Source of the DNA: Sporopachydermia quercuum
Taxonomy: Eukaryota
Assembly (NCBI GenBank): GCA_001599295.1
Contig: BCGN01000006.1
Coordinates: 558,001-622,000 of the forward strand
Direction: 5' to 3'
Length of the DNA stretch: 64,000 nucleotides
The position numbers and the translations under genes are program-made. A model generated the notes under the pieces. That model was not told the DNA's origin. It did not search any database and saw nothing but the letters and a program-made list of their open reading frames with translations. This document shows, in pieces, positions 13,280 through 26,362 of the stretch. Each line of letters starts with the position of its first letter. Position 1 is the first letter of the stretch.

Positions 13280-13351
13280 GCCTCCTTAGCTTAGTGGTAG
13301 AGCGTTGCACTTGTAATGCAAAGGTCAGCGGTTCAATTCCGCTAGGTGGCA
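13280..13351 (+). tRNA. tRNA-Thr(UGU), intronless
   Basis: Cloverleaf: acceptor GCCTCCT/AGGTGGC, D arm TAGCTTAGTGGTAGAGC, anticodon stem TTGCA-CTTGTAA-TGCAA, T loop GTTCAATTC, followed by an oligo-T terminator at about 13360. Confidence 0.97.
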
Positions 13352-14492
13352 TTTAATAATTTTTTTCATTCTTTTAGCTACTCTCCTTGTCAGAGCGAAA
13401 AAAGAAATGTCGCTTATTCGAGTTAGGACTCAATTACATGTCTCGTACTTCATCTATAAAAAAAAAGGTTTCAGATCCTTCAAATACACCTTTATTTCTT
13501 CTTCTGTAGGTTGAATCATTTAATTCAAACTATCTCTGAGACTCCTGAAAATGGTTCACATCTCACATTTACTTTCGTTTGACCAATGTTTTCAAAGAAG
13601 TAACCATTTTTACTTCGATTCAACAGACTTCCGATACATTATAAACACAGGATATCAGTTACCTAAACTCCTACTGTATTTCTTCTATTCTCCATACATT
13701 TTCATATCAATTAGTCCTTTTCGTTTTTCGGCTTTAGCAGCCTACTAAAAAATTACGCTCTACTTAGATTGAACTTTAAATTCAGGATCTATGCAGAAAC
13801 ATGCATATATCTGCAGTGCATTAAACTTTATGACCCAGTTTGGGCATTCTCCATTTCCTCCACTGCCTGCCTTTTTCATTTGTCTCTCAAGCCTTCTTTA
13901 TCATTCGTAAGCAACATGATGATAAGGAAATAGAAGTTAGAGCCGTTGAAAACCTAGTAAATTGAATGAAACTAGAACGATAGGGAATATAGACTACAGA
14001 TTTTGCTTGTAAACTTATTTGGTGGTTTACTAAATTGACAAGTGCCGATGGTTGAGCTCCTTGTATCTTTTTAGGAGTATCGATAGAAGGCACAAGTATC
14101 CTCGTCTTAGAGGTTAGAAGAAAAAGAAAGTATAGAATAAAGACAAAAGGATCTTTTAATTACTAGCAGTAACTTATTGAGAGCGATACAATCAAAAGGT
14201 TGCAATAACCGAATATCACACTGTACTGGGCCGAGGAATATTCTATCATACTACATTTAAGCCCTAAGAGTACCACCCATAACTAATACCACACTAATGC
14301 TCTATGCTCTATTATATCATTATACTATACGCTTTGTCTGTGCTTATGCCTGTAACTAGTATAAGCATATTGTAACAAGAACGGCCTAGAAAATCAACAT
14401 TATATCTTATTTTTTACGGTTTATAATTCAATAAAGCAGCAAATAACAACTCCGGAACAAAGAATCACATATTAAACACTCTACCTGCCAAA

Positions 14493-16529
14493 ATGGGGTT
14501 AATCCCAAGACAAAAACTATCTTCGATTGGAGAAGACTCTTTGGANAGTACATCACCTGAATTACTTCAAAAGGATGGCTACAAAAAAGGTGAATTTCCT
14601 GATATTTTTGACGCTCCAGAATTAGGAGAGGAACCGATTAGCTCGATTAACGTTCCANTGTTAGTAGGCCTTTTGTCAGGATTAGGTGGGTTTCTCATAG
14701 TGTTAGCGTTAGGTCTATTATACTATCTAATTGTCTACAGAACATCAGGAAGAATTACACTATCGCATAACGCACCAGGGGAAATAGACGATGAAGCTGA
14801 AATTTTACGCGAAGAACAAGAACATTTAGACGAGTTAGACGAATTTTCAAAACTCTTGTATTTTCAAGCAAAGGAATTTCAAAGATTATACCCACCATCT
14901 AGTTCAGACTCAACAATAACTTTATCCGATTACTTAACCATTCAGGAGAAAGGAGTTGCAGCATGGTATTTTCAGCAACCAAAACTTTTGCCTTTCTTAC
15001 AGGAGAATTATTATCGTGATATTCATGACAGCCTTTTTGTTGAACAAAGAGTGGAACTAGAATTTTTTGATCTACCTTGTAGTAGTCAAACAAATTTACC
15101 ATTCCCTCGACAAAATTCTGTTTATTATTATGAAGCAAAAATATTTGAAAAACCTGAAGACACCCTCATATCAATTGGAGTCACGACAAATCCTTATCCT
15201 GGCTTCACACTTCCTGGTAGACATAGGTACTCTGCAAGTTATGACTCTGATGGCACGAAACGATTGAACCAACCATTTGAAGGCTCTAAAATTTTTCCTA
15301 CTATCCAACAGGGTGATGTTGTAGGAATTGGTTACAAACCACGCACAGGGACTATTTTCTTTACCCGCAATGGTAAAAAATTAAAAAACGGTACAATTCA
15401 AGGTATGATGATGGATTTGTATCCAACAATAGGTGCTAGTGGACCATGTATAGTCCATGTCAATTTTGGTCAAATAGGCTATGTATATATTGAAGCTAAT
15501 GTGAAAAAGTGGGAATTAGCGCCTGTCAATGGTAGCTTGGCTCCACCACCACCTTATGGTATGGAAGATGATACTGTTTTATTAGAAGCATCAGAAGGAT
15601 CAACTTCAGGATCAGGATCAAGTTCACAAGTTGACTATGATTTTGCNCAGTACTCCCCGCCTCCTAGTTTCACCAAAATATTCACTGGAGAAGAAAATAG
15701 AGATAATATCACCCTTAGAAGTATTTATAATCAGAGCCAGGATAGTCTGAGTATATCAAATGGTGCTGCTGATTCAGACCTAGGAGAAACATCTGAAGAC
15801 GCACCTTTATTGCCTGTACCTCCTGGTGTTAGCAATGCCAACGATATCACTATACGACCAGGAAACAAGAATAGAAACGGGAGTACTCAAAACAATATAG
15901 CTGATTCACCGCCACCCAGTTATAACAATGCATTAGCTAGTAGATCAGGTTCTATTGTTTCAAATGGGCCCATAGGAGTTGTCAGTGATAGACATGTATT
16001 GATTAGAAATAACTCTAAAGGTAAAGGAAAACTATCACGAATGAATTCGNCTAATTCACGTTCAAGTGTCAGCGACAATAGTAATAACAAGAATAATGTT
16101 ACAAATACCAATCATAAAAAGAACAGCAATAGTGACAATAGTGACAATAATAATGCGATCAACACATCGGGTGCATTTGGATCAGAATTAAGCCTTGTAC
16201 TTGATGAAGCTAATGAAGAAGACTCATTAGATGGCCAACATGAAACTGAATTAGTCAAATCACTTTCAAGGCAAAGTAACGATGATGATAATAANGACAA
16301 CAATGATGATTTTACGATAGATCCTTTTAAAAGTTCTGGTAGCGGTGATAACAATAACAATAATGACAGCAATATTGCTGATGAAACGGTTATTAACAAG
16401 ATGCCTTATGAACATGCAGAAAGGCAGTATGAAGCCAGAACTGTCGATAGAGAAAGCATTGAGACAAGCAGTCAAGAAGCATTTGAGGATGCAGAAGAGC
16501 CACATGAAAATGGCGAGAATACCGAATAG
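14493..16529 (+). CDS. SSH4: SPRY-domain Rsp5 adaptor of the Ssh4/Ear1 family
   Basis: N-terminal TM helix, TIQEKGVAAW.F, QTNLP, YYEAKI, PYPGFTLPGRH, GDVVGIGY, FFTRNGKKL, VHVNFGQ.GYVYIEANVKKW; PY motifs PPPY and PPSY; Asn/Asp-rich tail. Confidence 0.88.
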   Translation: MGLIPRQKLSSIGEDSLXSTSPELLQKDGYKKGEFPDIFDAPELGEEPISSINVPXLVGLLSGLGGFLIVLALGLLYYLIVYRTSGRITLSHNAPGEIDDEAEILREEQEHLDELDEFSKLLYFQAKEFQRLYPPSSSDSTITLSDYLTIQEKGVAAWYFQQPKLLPFLQENYYRDIHDSLFVEQRVELEFFDLPCSSQTNLPFPRQNSVYYYEAKIFEKPEDTLISIGVTTNPYPGFTLPGRHRYSASYDSDGTKRLNQPFEGSKIFPTIQQGDVVGIGYKPRTGTIFFTRNGKKLKNGTIQGMMMDLYPTIGASGPCIVHVNFGQIGYVYIEANVKKWELAPVNGSLAPPPPYGMEDDTVLLEASEGSTSGSGSSSQVDYDFXQYSPPPSFTKIFTGEENRDNITLRSIYNQSQDSLSISNGAADSDLGETSEDAPLLPVPPGVSNANDITIRPGNKNRNGSTQNNIADSPPPSYNNALASRSGSIVSNGPIGVVSDRHVLIRNNSKGKGKLSRMNSXNSRSSVSDNSNNKNNVTNTNHKKNSNSDNSDNNNAINTSGAFGSELSLVLDEANEEDSLDGQHETELVKSLSRQSNDDDNXDNNDDFTIDPFKSSGSGDNNNNNDSNIADETVINKMPYEHAERQYEARTVDRESIETSSQEAFEDAEEPHENGENTE

Positions 16530-18274
16530 TTCTGTCTCTGTGAGAACCCATCAAATGATTGGAAGAAGGGAATTATGGATTGGAAGTGTCAAAGGTTTAT
16601 TGCTATGACTCTAATAGATATATTTTAATGGAAATGGNTTATTTATGGTAATTTAGTGAAGGGTTTGTTTGTATTGTCGTGATATGACGTTCATACCGAG
16701 GAAAGAGGAATAAATATAACTTAGTGAATAAATATGAATATGAATATATACGTTTATGTCAATTCATTCTATGTATTACATAAAACTAGCATCAAACAAG
16801 CTTTAAACAGTATCCACTACATTGGATGAACTGTAGTTGCTATTAGAGTTCAGCGAGAATGGCAGGTGAGAAAGATAAATAGTAGCTAATATCAATTGTT
16901 CAATTATGGAAAAATGTGGCCTAAGTCGATTAGATAGGGCCTATAGGGCCTATGAAGAGTGAATTAGTCATATTAAGTTTGTATCTCAAGAATAGAACCG
17001 AACAACTATTTAGCCATTCACCAATATAGGACGGAATTTGTTAGGAGATGACCAGCTAGTTCAATGAAAGCAGTTTCATCATTGGACTTATTGAAAGTCA
17101 TCGATGTGAATATAAAGCTATCAATACTAACGTATTAGTATCCAGTGGCTTATTGATATTAATATTACATGCTGTCAACTGAACTGATAATGAATGGATG
17201 ACAATTTCGGTACTGCAACTTTTTATTTTCCTATGATCTGCCGTTTCATGACTATTAGCATACATTCATTCACAGTTGCTTTATTTTCCTTGCTTAGCTA
17301 GTTGATCATAACGTACTCATATAACATTGTACCTGCAATTGCGTTTATTGTGAATGCCTTCTTTACAAGTATTTTTGTTAATGATCTTTGATGTACGATA
17401 TTATTGTCTCAAATCGAACCACTCTGTGTCTAACGAACCAACATCCAGGGAAAATGAATAGTACTTCTCTTCTCTTCTCTACTTATTTCCATGAACAGCC
17501 AGTACAATCAAGGACATTGGAATTTTCAATAGTAGAATTATCATCAGAAATCCGTATCAACTAAATTGGGTACTGTAAGTAGTTCTGTTAGTAATTCTAA
17601 TACTCTTTTATTACTTAGNTAGATCATTGATTGTTATATGATAAAATATGTATAGTTACATGCAAATAATTATAAATTAATCATATCTTTCATTTTTTAT
17701 CAAAGCAACAAAATAAGTAGTTAATTTGAAAAAGGCATTATTAATAATGAATAAGATCCTAATACTAGGTAATATTCATTCTATATTAACCGTCGTTCAG
17801 CAATATTCATTATACTTTTGGTATAATACTTGAATAAAAGATCCTAGTTAAGACCTATCTGTTACACAAATCATTGTCATGCATAGTTAGCAAGATAGAT
17901 AGATAATGAACAGTATTATTGATTGTTCAATGGAAGGGAATAGTCAACGTGTAGATTGAAACTTGACGTTCTGATCCGATTTATTATTGACTTAGTAATA
18001 TATTTATTTATAAGTTCATCAATAGAGAATTTAATAGATACAAGCCATTGACTGAATGTTTACTTTGCTGAAAACCAATTAGGTATATAATTGTTTCAGA
18101 CTTGACAGGTGATATTATCGAAGTGTATATGACATCTATGATATATTAATATAATTGTAATGATAATTGCAATTGTATGAACCCCAAAAGTTTCACTGTT
18201 TGATTTGTAACATTGCTTAAAGATATTCTGAAATATCTTCACGAGAAAGCTACGTTATATTATTTTGACCGGTT

Positions 18275-18322
18275 CCTTGTCCTTTGCCCAACCCTTGTTC
18301 TTTGCCCGACCCTTGTGCTTCC
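18275..18322. repeat. 18-bp tandem repeat, about 2.6 copies (CCTTGTYCTTTGCCCRAC)
   Basis: Units start at 18275, 18293 and 18311 (partial), just past the stop codon of the homeobox gene. Confidence 0.8.
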
Positions 18323-18343
18323 ATTCTTCTTAATTTTCAAAGT

Positions 18344-20644
18344 TTAGTTATCGCCTGATGAAGAAAAATTCATTCGACCGAAATTGATGCTTTTAGATCT
18401 ACCAAAAGTATGATTTGGATTGATACAATTAATATCATAGATGTTGTTATATATTGCGTTATTGTCAATTTTCTCCCCAATGTTTGTATATCTTGGATTA
18501 ATATTCTTTGATGACTGACCTGAATTAGGACTATGATTCATTGTGGTTTTATAATCATCGTGAAGTTCACTATTCCATTTTGATTTCATTATCAAATGAT
18601 GTATTAATTGAAAGTCTGATTGACTAATATCTGATAATACATGATGAACATTAGCAACTGCTTTCGAAACCTGTTTATTATCTGAAAAATCTTCACAGCT
18701 TATCCAAAATGGTTTAGAATTGGTAGAAGGATCAAGATCAATGGAGGAAGAAACAGTACTACTCTTATTCTCAATGTTACCATAAGTAGTACCATTTCCA
18801 ACAGAATTGCTCGACTCATTAGAAAAGCTAGTAGTACCAGGAAAATGCACTGAAAAAGAAGGTGCTTTACTAAGCAAGAGTTTTAAATTATTTTCATTAC
18901 CACTAGAAATATGAAATTCTCCGGTTTGATTTCTATTAGCAGCCATGCTGTTACTATTGTTATCATAAGCCACTAGTTCGTTATTATATTCGATAGATGC
19001 AATAGAATCAAACGAAATATCAATTTTGAATATCATTTTATCTTCATANTTGATATTGGATGGAGTAACTGAAGATGCTGTCCGATTACTAATAGTATCA
19101 TCATCATTACCCTTGTTGTTAATACCGATATTGATACTGCTGCTAATGTCAATACTATCTATTCCATTGCCATTGTTACTTTCATTCTTCATACTAGTAC
19201 CCATTGAGAACAAATAGACTAAATTCGAAGTCTTAGGACATATCATTATAGCTAAATCAACTTGATTCATGATAGAGATTAGATTAACTGGATCATCTAT
19301 TGATTTGACCTTGGAAATGGTACCCAGTAAATATTTTATGGGATTATAGGATAGTTTAACCCTGTGCCAATCGCCAATTGTGATCGAGTGGCATTCTATT
19401 AAATGTGGAGCATTTACATTCCATGAAAACTGTTGAGATTGTTGATTACCCAAGTACTTTGACAATTCAGTGCTGGAATTACTTGTATTGTCCGTAGGCA
19501 ATGAGGTATGTCTTGCCTTTGAGTAAGCAATATTTGAAGGATTTTGAGAGTGTATGATGTTGATGTTATCAAGAAATTGCGAGTCGTATGAAGCAGGAAT
19601 TGCAGTTGGAAATAACTCAGGCAATGAACCAGTTGTATTACTAGTACTAAGATAGCCAATACTATTAGGAGTATCAAATCGATCAAAAGATCCAAAACTG
19701 CTATCTGACTGAACATAAAATGAATCAAAAGATTCAATTATTTTTGTATAAGGATTATGAAGCTTTTGCTGACCTAAATTCATTTGAGTAGTAGTATCAT
19801 AATACCCATGATTTGACTTCCTCTCTATAGGCATAAGATCAAATAACGTATTATTTGATGGACTCTCAAGATTATTGTTAGTATCAACAGCAGAATTACC
19901 GTCAGCTCCAGAAATCGAATTGAGAGAAACAACTTGTTCAATAGCTTCAATTGGATCAATTGTTGAAGTACTAATACTACAATTAATTCCATCATCAATA
20001 GAAATATAATCAAAGGTAGGAAGTGAGCTAAACTCAGCAGCATTCAAATTGGTACTAGGTTCCATTTCCTTTAAATCTGACTGGCTATGTGCATCATCTG
20101 ACTCATTTTCGAGTTCATCCGATTCAACAATTAGAAATTCATTATTCATTGAATGTTCTTGGTTGGCGGGAGAAGAAGGATGATGATTATTTGCATTTGT
20201 ATTGGAATTGTTTCCTTTCGGGTTATTGTAATTTGTGTATTCAAAGCGATTATAGTTGTTGATGACGCTATCGCCATCATTATCACAATCTTCATCAGCA
20301 TCATTGTTGTCATCAATATCAACAATGCCATCTATGCTACTTTTACTATCTGATCTTAGTTTTTTCTTTTGTTTTGCTCTTTGGTTCTGGAACCAAATTT
20401 GAACTTGCCTCTCCGATAAACCAACTAGCAAACTAATTCTTTTTCTATCATCTGAAGAAGGGTTCTCATTCTTGACAAACTCCGTAAATAATGTTTTGAA
20501 TTGGTCAGGGCTTGTTCTTTGTCTTCGGCCTTTTCTACCAGGTCCTTTATATCTTGATTTAAGAGAAGAAGAGACTGACGACGTTGAAGAAGAGGATGAA
20601 TTGTTTTTCATATTAAAGTTGAAAGACGAAACAGTTGAAAGCAT
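18344..20644 (-). CDS. PHO2: Homeodomain transcription factor, Pho2/Bas2-like
   Basis: Homeodomain RRQRTSPDQ...LSERQVQIWFQNQRAKQKK; C-terminal blocks CHSITIGDWHRV, FKIDISFDSI and WISCEDFS..KQVS resemble Pho2-family proteins. Confidence 0.75.
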   Translation of the reverse strand: MLSTVSSFNFNMKNNSSSSSTSSVSSSLKSRYKGPGRKGRRQRTSPDQFKTLFTEFVKNENPSSDDRKRISLLVGLSERQVQIWFQNQRAKQKKKLRSDSKSSIDGIVDIDDNNDADEDCDNDGDSVINNYNRFEYTNYNNPKGNNSNTNANNHHPSSPANQEHSMNNEFLIVESDELENESDDAHSQSDLKEMEPSTNLNAAEFSSLPTFDYISIDDGINCSISTSTIDPIEAIEQVVSLNSISGADGNSAVDTNNNLESPSNNTLFDLMPIERKSNHGYYDTTTQMNLGQQKLHNPYTKIIESFDSFYVQSDSSFGSFDRFDTPNSIGYLSTSNTTGSLPELFPTAIPASYDSQFLDNINIIHSQNPSNIAYSKARHTSLPTDNTSNSSTELSKYLGNQQSQQFSWNVNAPHLIECHSITIGDWHRVKLSYNPIKYLLGTISKVKSIDDPVNLISIMNQVDLAIMICPKTSNLVYLFSMGTSMKNESNNGNGIDSIDISSSINIGINNKGNDDDTISNRTASSVTPSNIXYEDKMIFKIDISFDSIASIEYNNELVAYDNNSNSMAANRNQTGEFHISSGNENNLKLLLSKAPSFSVHFPGTTSFSNESSNSVGNGTTYGNIENKSSTVSSSIDLDPSTNSKPFWISCEDFSDNKQVSKAVANVHHVLSDISQSDFQLIHHLIMKSKWNSELHDDYKTTMNHSPNSGQSSKNINPRYTNIGEKIDNNAIYNNIYDINCINPNHTFGRSKSINFGRMNFSSSGDN

Positions 20645-23600
20645 GATGGATGTTATATTGAAAAAGGGGATGTAAACTGACGAGGTTGATAAGAAACGCT
20701 TGTTCTATAAAAGGATCTTAAGAAGTTTGAGGAAGCAATAATCCTGTTTACTGAAAGATGGAAATCGTTGAATTCCAGTTTTTGTTTCTTGTCTTGTTTT
20801 AAAGCTGTTCCAGAAGATATCGGTGCTCTGCCAAATGCTATTGATACTTTCACAAGAGTGAAAGAGTGTCTCCGATGAACCTAGGCGACATATAGTAAAG
20901 CTAACTAACAATAAAGCAGCCTAAGAACTATGTAGAAAGCTCACTCGTGATCTAATAATTATCCAAAAAATATCAACTACTCAATAGTTTTCAATGAATA
21001 GCTTTTCTTCTTGCCTTGCAGTATTAATGAGTTTTCAGTATTCAGAATGAATTCAAATATTGTCTAGCGTTCTTATATATGTAGATGGATGTAGCACCTA
21101 TTTTAAAATACCTTCAAGCTTGTTAAGAATCACATCAACGGAATCCAAAAGGAATCAAAAAAAAAAGAGTTCAAGCGAAAGGGAAAAAGAGAACGGGGAA
21201 GATAAAATTTACTTCTCGACTATGCTTTATTCTAACCAGTTCATCAAACAATAGGAATTATAATTAGTTCAGTTGAAGGGGAAGATTATTCTGGTCTAGA
21301 TGCAATTGTAGATGGGAAAAATAACAGATAAATAAAGTTAGTAAGCTTTTTGAAGTTAAGATTATAAGCTTAAAGTTGCGGTTTAGTTTAGTGCGCCTTT
21401 AGCTCAGTTCAGTTGATGAGATTATTCTGAGTGCGGAGAGATCTAAAGGTTAATTAGACTTTTACTATGGCAGAAGTGAAACGAATCTCAATCTTATTTT
21501 AAACCTGCTTGATGAGCTTTTTTTGGGATACCGAATAGACTAGCGTAGTATCTTTATTGAAATTCATATGAAATTTGGTTGACGTTTTACTTTGACTATC
21601 TTCCATGTAATTCTTTGTGAAGAAAAACCTGATTCAAATATTTAAATTCAAAAAAAAGCCGAAAAACAGTGAAGATTGGTTGATTATTGTATAAGAAGAG
21701 AGGGTGTGTCTGAAATAAACGATAGCCTTTAATGACGAATTGAAGAACATTCTATGAAAAGGCAAGAGGGTGTTTGAAGTTCCTATCAGTTGAACTAGCC
21801 ATGATCATCGATTAATTCTTACTGTATCATTTCAAATCTCATCTCAATTGGGTGAAATCAACAAAATAAAGCTCTTTCTCTGAACCAGGAATCCCCATCT
21901 GTATGCCCGTCATCTTTATTAAAAATGGTTCGTATTGATAAATTAAGAACTAAGTTCCAAAACTTTAATGTAAAGTTTTTAACCCCGATGAGTAACAAGA
22001 CAAATGATATGATCTGTTTGTTGTTCCAAATTTGTTTATAACCAGAAACCTTAAGAAAACAAAGTTTTCCAAATAATTTTTGTTGCATGTTACTATTTAG
22101 CAAATGAGGATGTTTAAAATGGAAGCCGTTCATGTTATTTGCCATTGGAATATAATATTTCAAATAATTATCTGATTGTTGGGAGTTTTGGAGTGAGTGG
22201 GAGAGTATAGGATGAAGAATTAACATTAATAGGTCTGGTAATGACAGAGTAGTTTAACATAATAAATAAGCTGATAAGAGGAGTCAAAGGGTACTGAACA
22301 ATCAACATAACAATCCTTTCATCGGCATAAATAAAACCGTTGTATACTAGTTTTCACTACAAAGTTAGTGAAACAGTAACTACTTCATTCATTATAGCAA
22401 AGCTCTTGAGTGTATAACTAACTAGTGTAAAATATTAGTAACAGTATATAAAATTTGATGCATTGGAAAAAGAAATAATGAGTATAGAAGCAATTGACCT
22501 ATTTAGACACATCCTTATTCACAATAGAAAAAGGTTATTAGTTATGGTCAAAATCTATGCTCGAACTGTGCGAGGTTTCAAGACTATTTTCACGATCTTC
22601 ATCTTCAAACAAGTTTGAATGCATCGATCGGTGTCTCTGTCAAATATCAACTCTAAAAAGGAAAAGAGGAGCTAAAACTAAGAGAGAAGCCAAGAACTTT
22701 GAATTGAAGCTAGATATCTGACTTCTTTAAAATGAAGTCACAATCAGCTAATAAAACAAAAATGTGGAAAAGAAACAATTAATGAAAAGGAAGGTTTATT
22801 TTTCCTTTCACTGGAGATGTCATTCTCGCCAAAGATCTTAAATTTTCTATAGATTACATTGGTCCCTAAATAACCGTTAACAAAATTTATAGATAGCATT
22901 CACAACTACAAATTTCATTCTGTGACTGGCATCTTATGCCATCTATCATACTAGTAGGTTGTTAACAACCAACAATGTATACTTCATTTCAATCATTCCC
23001 AATTCTTCATTTTGATTGATCTGTCTCTTTATATAAACATTATTTGAAGNTCTCGTACATCTCGTGAACTCTGAACTATGAAATATGAGATTCATTCACT
23101 CAAGTAATTTTCTTCATGAATTCTACTTCCTTTGTAAGCTTTAGTTATATCGAAGAAGATAAGACACTTCCCAGTAACCTTTATTAGCAAGTAATTGCGT
23201 ATTAAATGCCGAAAATCGGAAAGGGATTAATATTGTTAAACAGGATTGCATTTGAAGAACGCTCAATGCAAACCTGCTTGTAAACTATAAATTGTAACTT
23301 AAACCTTAAAAGTATTATTTAGAGTGTCAAACGTTAAGACTGAATTCAATAAAAAACAAGTAGAATCCGCTTGCAAAGTTGATGCAGTTGTTTTATTACC
23401 GGTATTGACACCTTCCAAGATTGAAAGAGTACTGAAATTCTAATGTTGCAAAGAAAGGAAACTAACCCATAATTGAAACTTGGTAGTAAATGTCATCTCG
23501 GAAATAGATCAAATTAAAAATGGGCCGAGTTTTTATGAACAAAAATTGAAAATGAACGCCAAATGCAAAACATGGCCAAACTATAATTTAAGTTAGACTC

Positions 23601-26362
23601 TACCCCTCTACGATCTAACTTAAACCCTACAAGCATTTACGCTAAACGCTATTTACTTTTCGGCTCTCATTATTCAGTTTCTCTTGGAAGAAACTTATCT
23701 TATCTTGCCATGAGCAAGTAAGTAGTGATAATGAAGCAAATTATGAGGCAGTATTATGAAATAATGAACATATAAATAATAAGACTAGGCGGAGTTGCTA
23801 TTCTATGCAATTGTAATGGTGGTTCTCACTATAATTTCAAAATAAATGAGATCTTAGTAGTTAAGATTTCGAGATTAACATACAAATGATTGAGAGGTCG
23901 CTTACCTGCCAAAGCGTAACACCTTGTTACAGAGTTTTATATGAAAAATAACAGCTTTGTTTTGAAACAACTCTCCTCGTCAATAGGTGGGAACTGAAAA
24001 CTGCGGTTGATTTGAATATTTCTTCTAAATGCTTATCATNACCCTCATCATATACTTGCTCTTTCATCTTTAAGCATATTTATACTTGGGAGCTTCTGCT
24101 ATGCCGCAATGATTTCATAGGCTCTTAGCAAATCAATACTCCAAATAACTATTATTTTATTTTCAAATATCAACTACGTAGACACTAGACTGTCTTTCAA
24201 AGCGAGGAAGAAACAAAAAATTAGAAGTTCCAGTGCTTAAAGTGATTCAAGATGAGTGATAAAGTAAAGAAATACTAAATCAAAAGTATTTTTCGGTATG
24301 CTATTGCTTGAAGTAAATAGTAGGAAAGCAAAAACAGACACGAAGTCCATAAGTTATCATTCAACATAATGATAAAGTTTGCAGTTTACTCCTCACTTCA
24401 TGGCATGAAAAGTATTAACTGCCTTCCTGATGAATAGCTTAGTTACTTTGAACTAAAGTGCTTTTTTCGCTTAGCTGGTTAATGAATAACGCCCACCGCC
24501 TCTTTAACTCGTTCAAATTGTATTCACCATTTATATTTATTCAAAGAGTATATCATTTTCAAGTCCTTGTTGACTAACTTCTGACTCTATAATTAGATTT
24601 CATATTTTTCTGAACTAATGGTACCGAAATTTCAGTTCCTCTTGGATGAAATATTGAAATTCCTTCGCTGGCAATAGCTTGCTCCGGATTTGAGATTCTT
24701 CGTTTAATTCAAAATTTTCAACTGAAATNGTAGGCAAGTTCAGGTTATATTTCCCATATAAGGCCAAGCCTAGAGCTAATGACGTATAGTAAGATTAGTA
24801 GAGCTATAGTGAAACTATCATTGTAACTGTAGTTTTAATATACTTCTGATGCCATCAAATTATAAACAAATACAGGTAGAAAGTAGAATACCATGAGCTA
24901 AATTATTTCTTTGGAAACTAATTCCCATCTAAATCCAGATTAGTCGTCTTCGTATCTCTGGTTGATACTTTCAAGTGATAGCCAAAGAATACTCCTCATA
25001 ACTATATTCTTATATTCTACCGTTTCTACCTATTGATCTATACCTGGTATAGCAGAAGAAACTAGTTTCAACGTAGTTTTCTCCTTTTATAAAAATATCA
25101 CAGAAATACACAGCACTAAACTTGCCAAAATACATACCCTGACACAACGGAAGTACTTGCCATTACAATGCAAGTTATGGAATAAGTGGTCATAGGCATT
25201 TAACCAGAGAAAGCAATCAGTTACTTCGTTTATTCCTCAATCTTTCTTTCTATATTTTTCTCAGACAAAAAAAGAAACAAAAATTGGTTCCCGTAGGAAG
25301 AGGGGTGAATCATGAATCATAAATTATTATCACTGCATTATCTTCAAATCATTACAACAAAAGACCTAAGAAACAATACACATTGCTCATATTCATATAT
25401 GCAGGAAATTTTAAAGTTCAGAGAAAGTGTATATATGCTTTACCTGGGCAGTTGAACCTCAGTGAGGTGATCTCATGTGGCACTTGAATCTCGTATTGCT
25501 ATTTTAACGTTGAAGCTAAATTTGTTGTATGAAAAATGTTTGGATTGCCTGTTTGTGTTAATGAAGCAACAATGGAAGTTAGACAGCAAATACTATGGAA
25601 TATTTATCTTTTTACCTTCATATTTTTGAAAGTATCAGCTTGTACTTAGCTCTGTTTGGTAAAAGAATATATTCCAAACAATCGCCAAATTTTTACTATT
25701 CTTAGTACTTGTCACGAAACAGAAGAACAATAGTGAAGGTTAGGTAACCATATTTAAAGTTTGCACTTTAATTCCTAATGCAAACAATGCTATTAGTCCA
25801 TCTAGTCCCCTAGTGAAATCTCAGCGATCCCTTAAGGCACCTTGATCTCGCTCTTTTTTATTACTTCTCTTCTCTCAATGTTTTATTTTACTTTATTACT
25901 GCTTCTATCAATTCTAATGGAAGAGAAGCCTATGAAGGACAATCGGATAAGAAATAAGGGATTTGTAGATAATTCTTTGTGTCCATACTCATAATTGCTG
26001 TCTAATAGGGTGAAAAGGTATTACTCTTACTGAGTAGTAGATAGTACTGGATAAAAGCCACTAAAAATTAACCAACTAACCGTAATATCATTATATACAC
26101 GCATTATGAGAATAAAATATTCACGAACTAGATATTAAAAGTATTACACAACCATATATGTCATATACGCTATATACATCTACAGGATGAGTAACAGAAA
26201 CAGTAAAATATGATCGTATGGCCATAAGAACTAAGCATATCCAGCTCAAATGTCTATACATCTACAAAGATTTCTTCAATCAATAACAAATAACAAACTG
26301 ATCAATATTCAAATACTAGCACAAGTACTGAACTAGCATTGACCATCAAAGACAAATTTTCT

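Noticed and set aside
21858..22226. 122-aa minus-strand ORF
   Set aside because: No recognisable domain and AT-driven composition; cannot be supported as a gene without expression data.
25431..25490. U1 snRNA-like start (TTACCTGG)
   Set aside because: Lacks the invariant ACTTACC 5' end and recognisable U1 stem-loops or Sm site.
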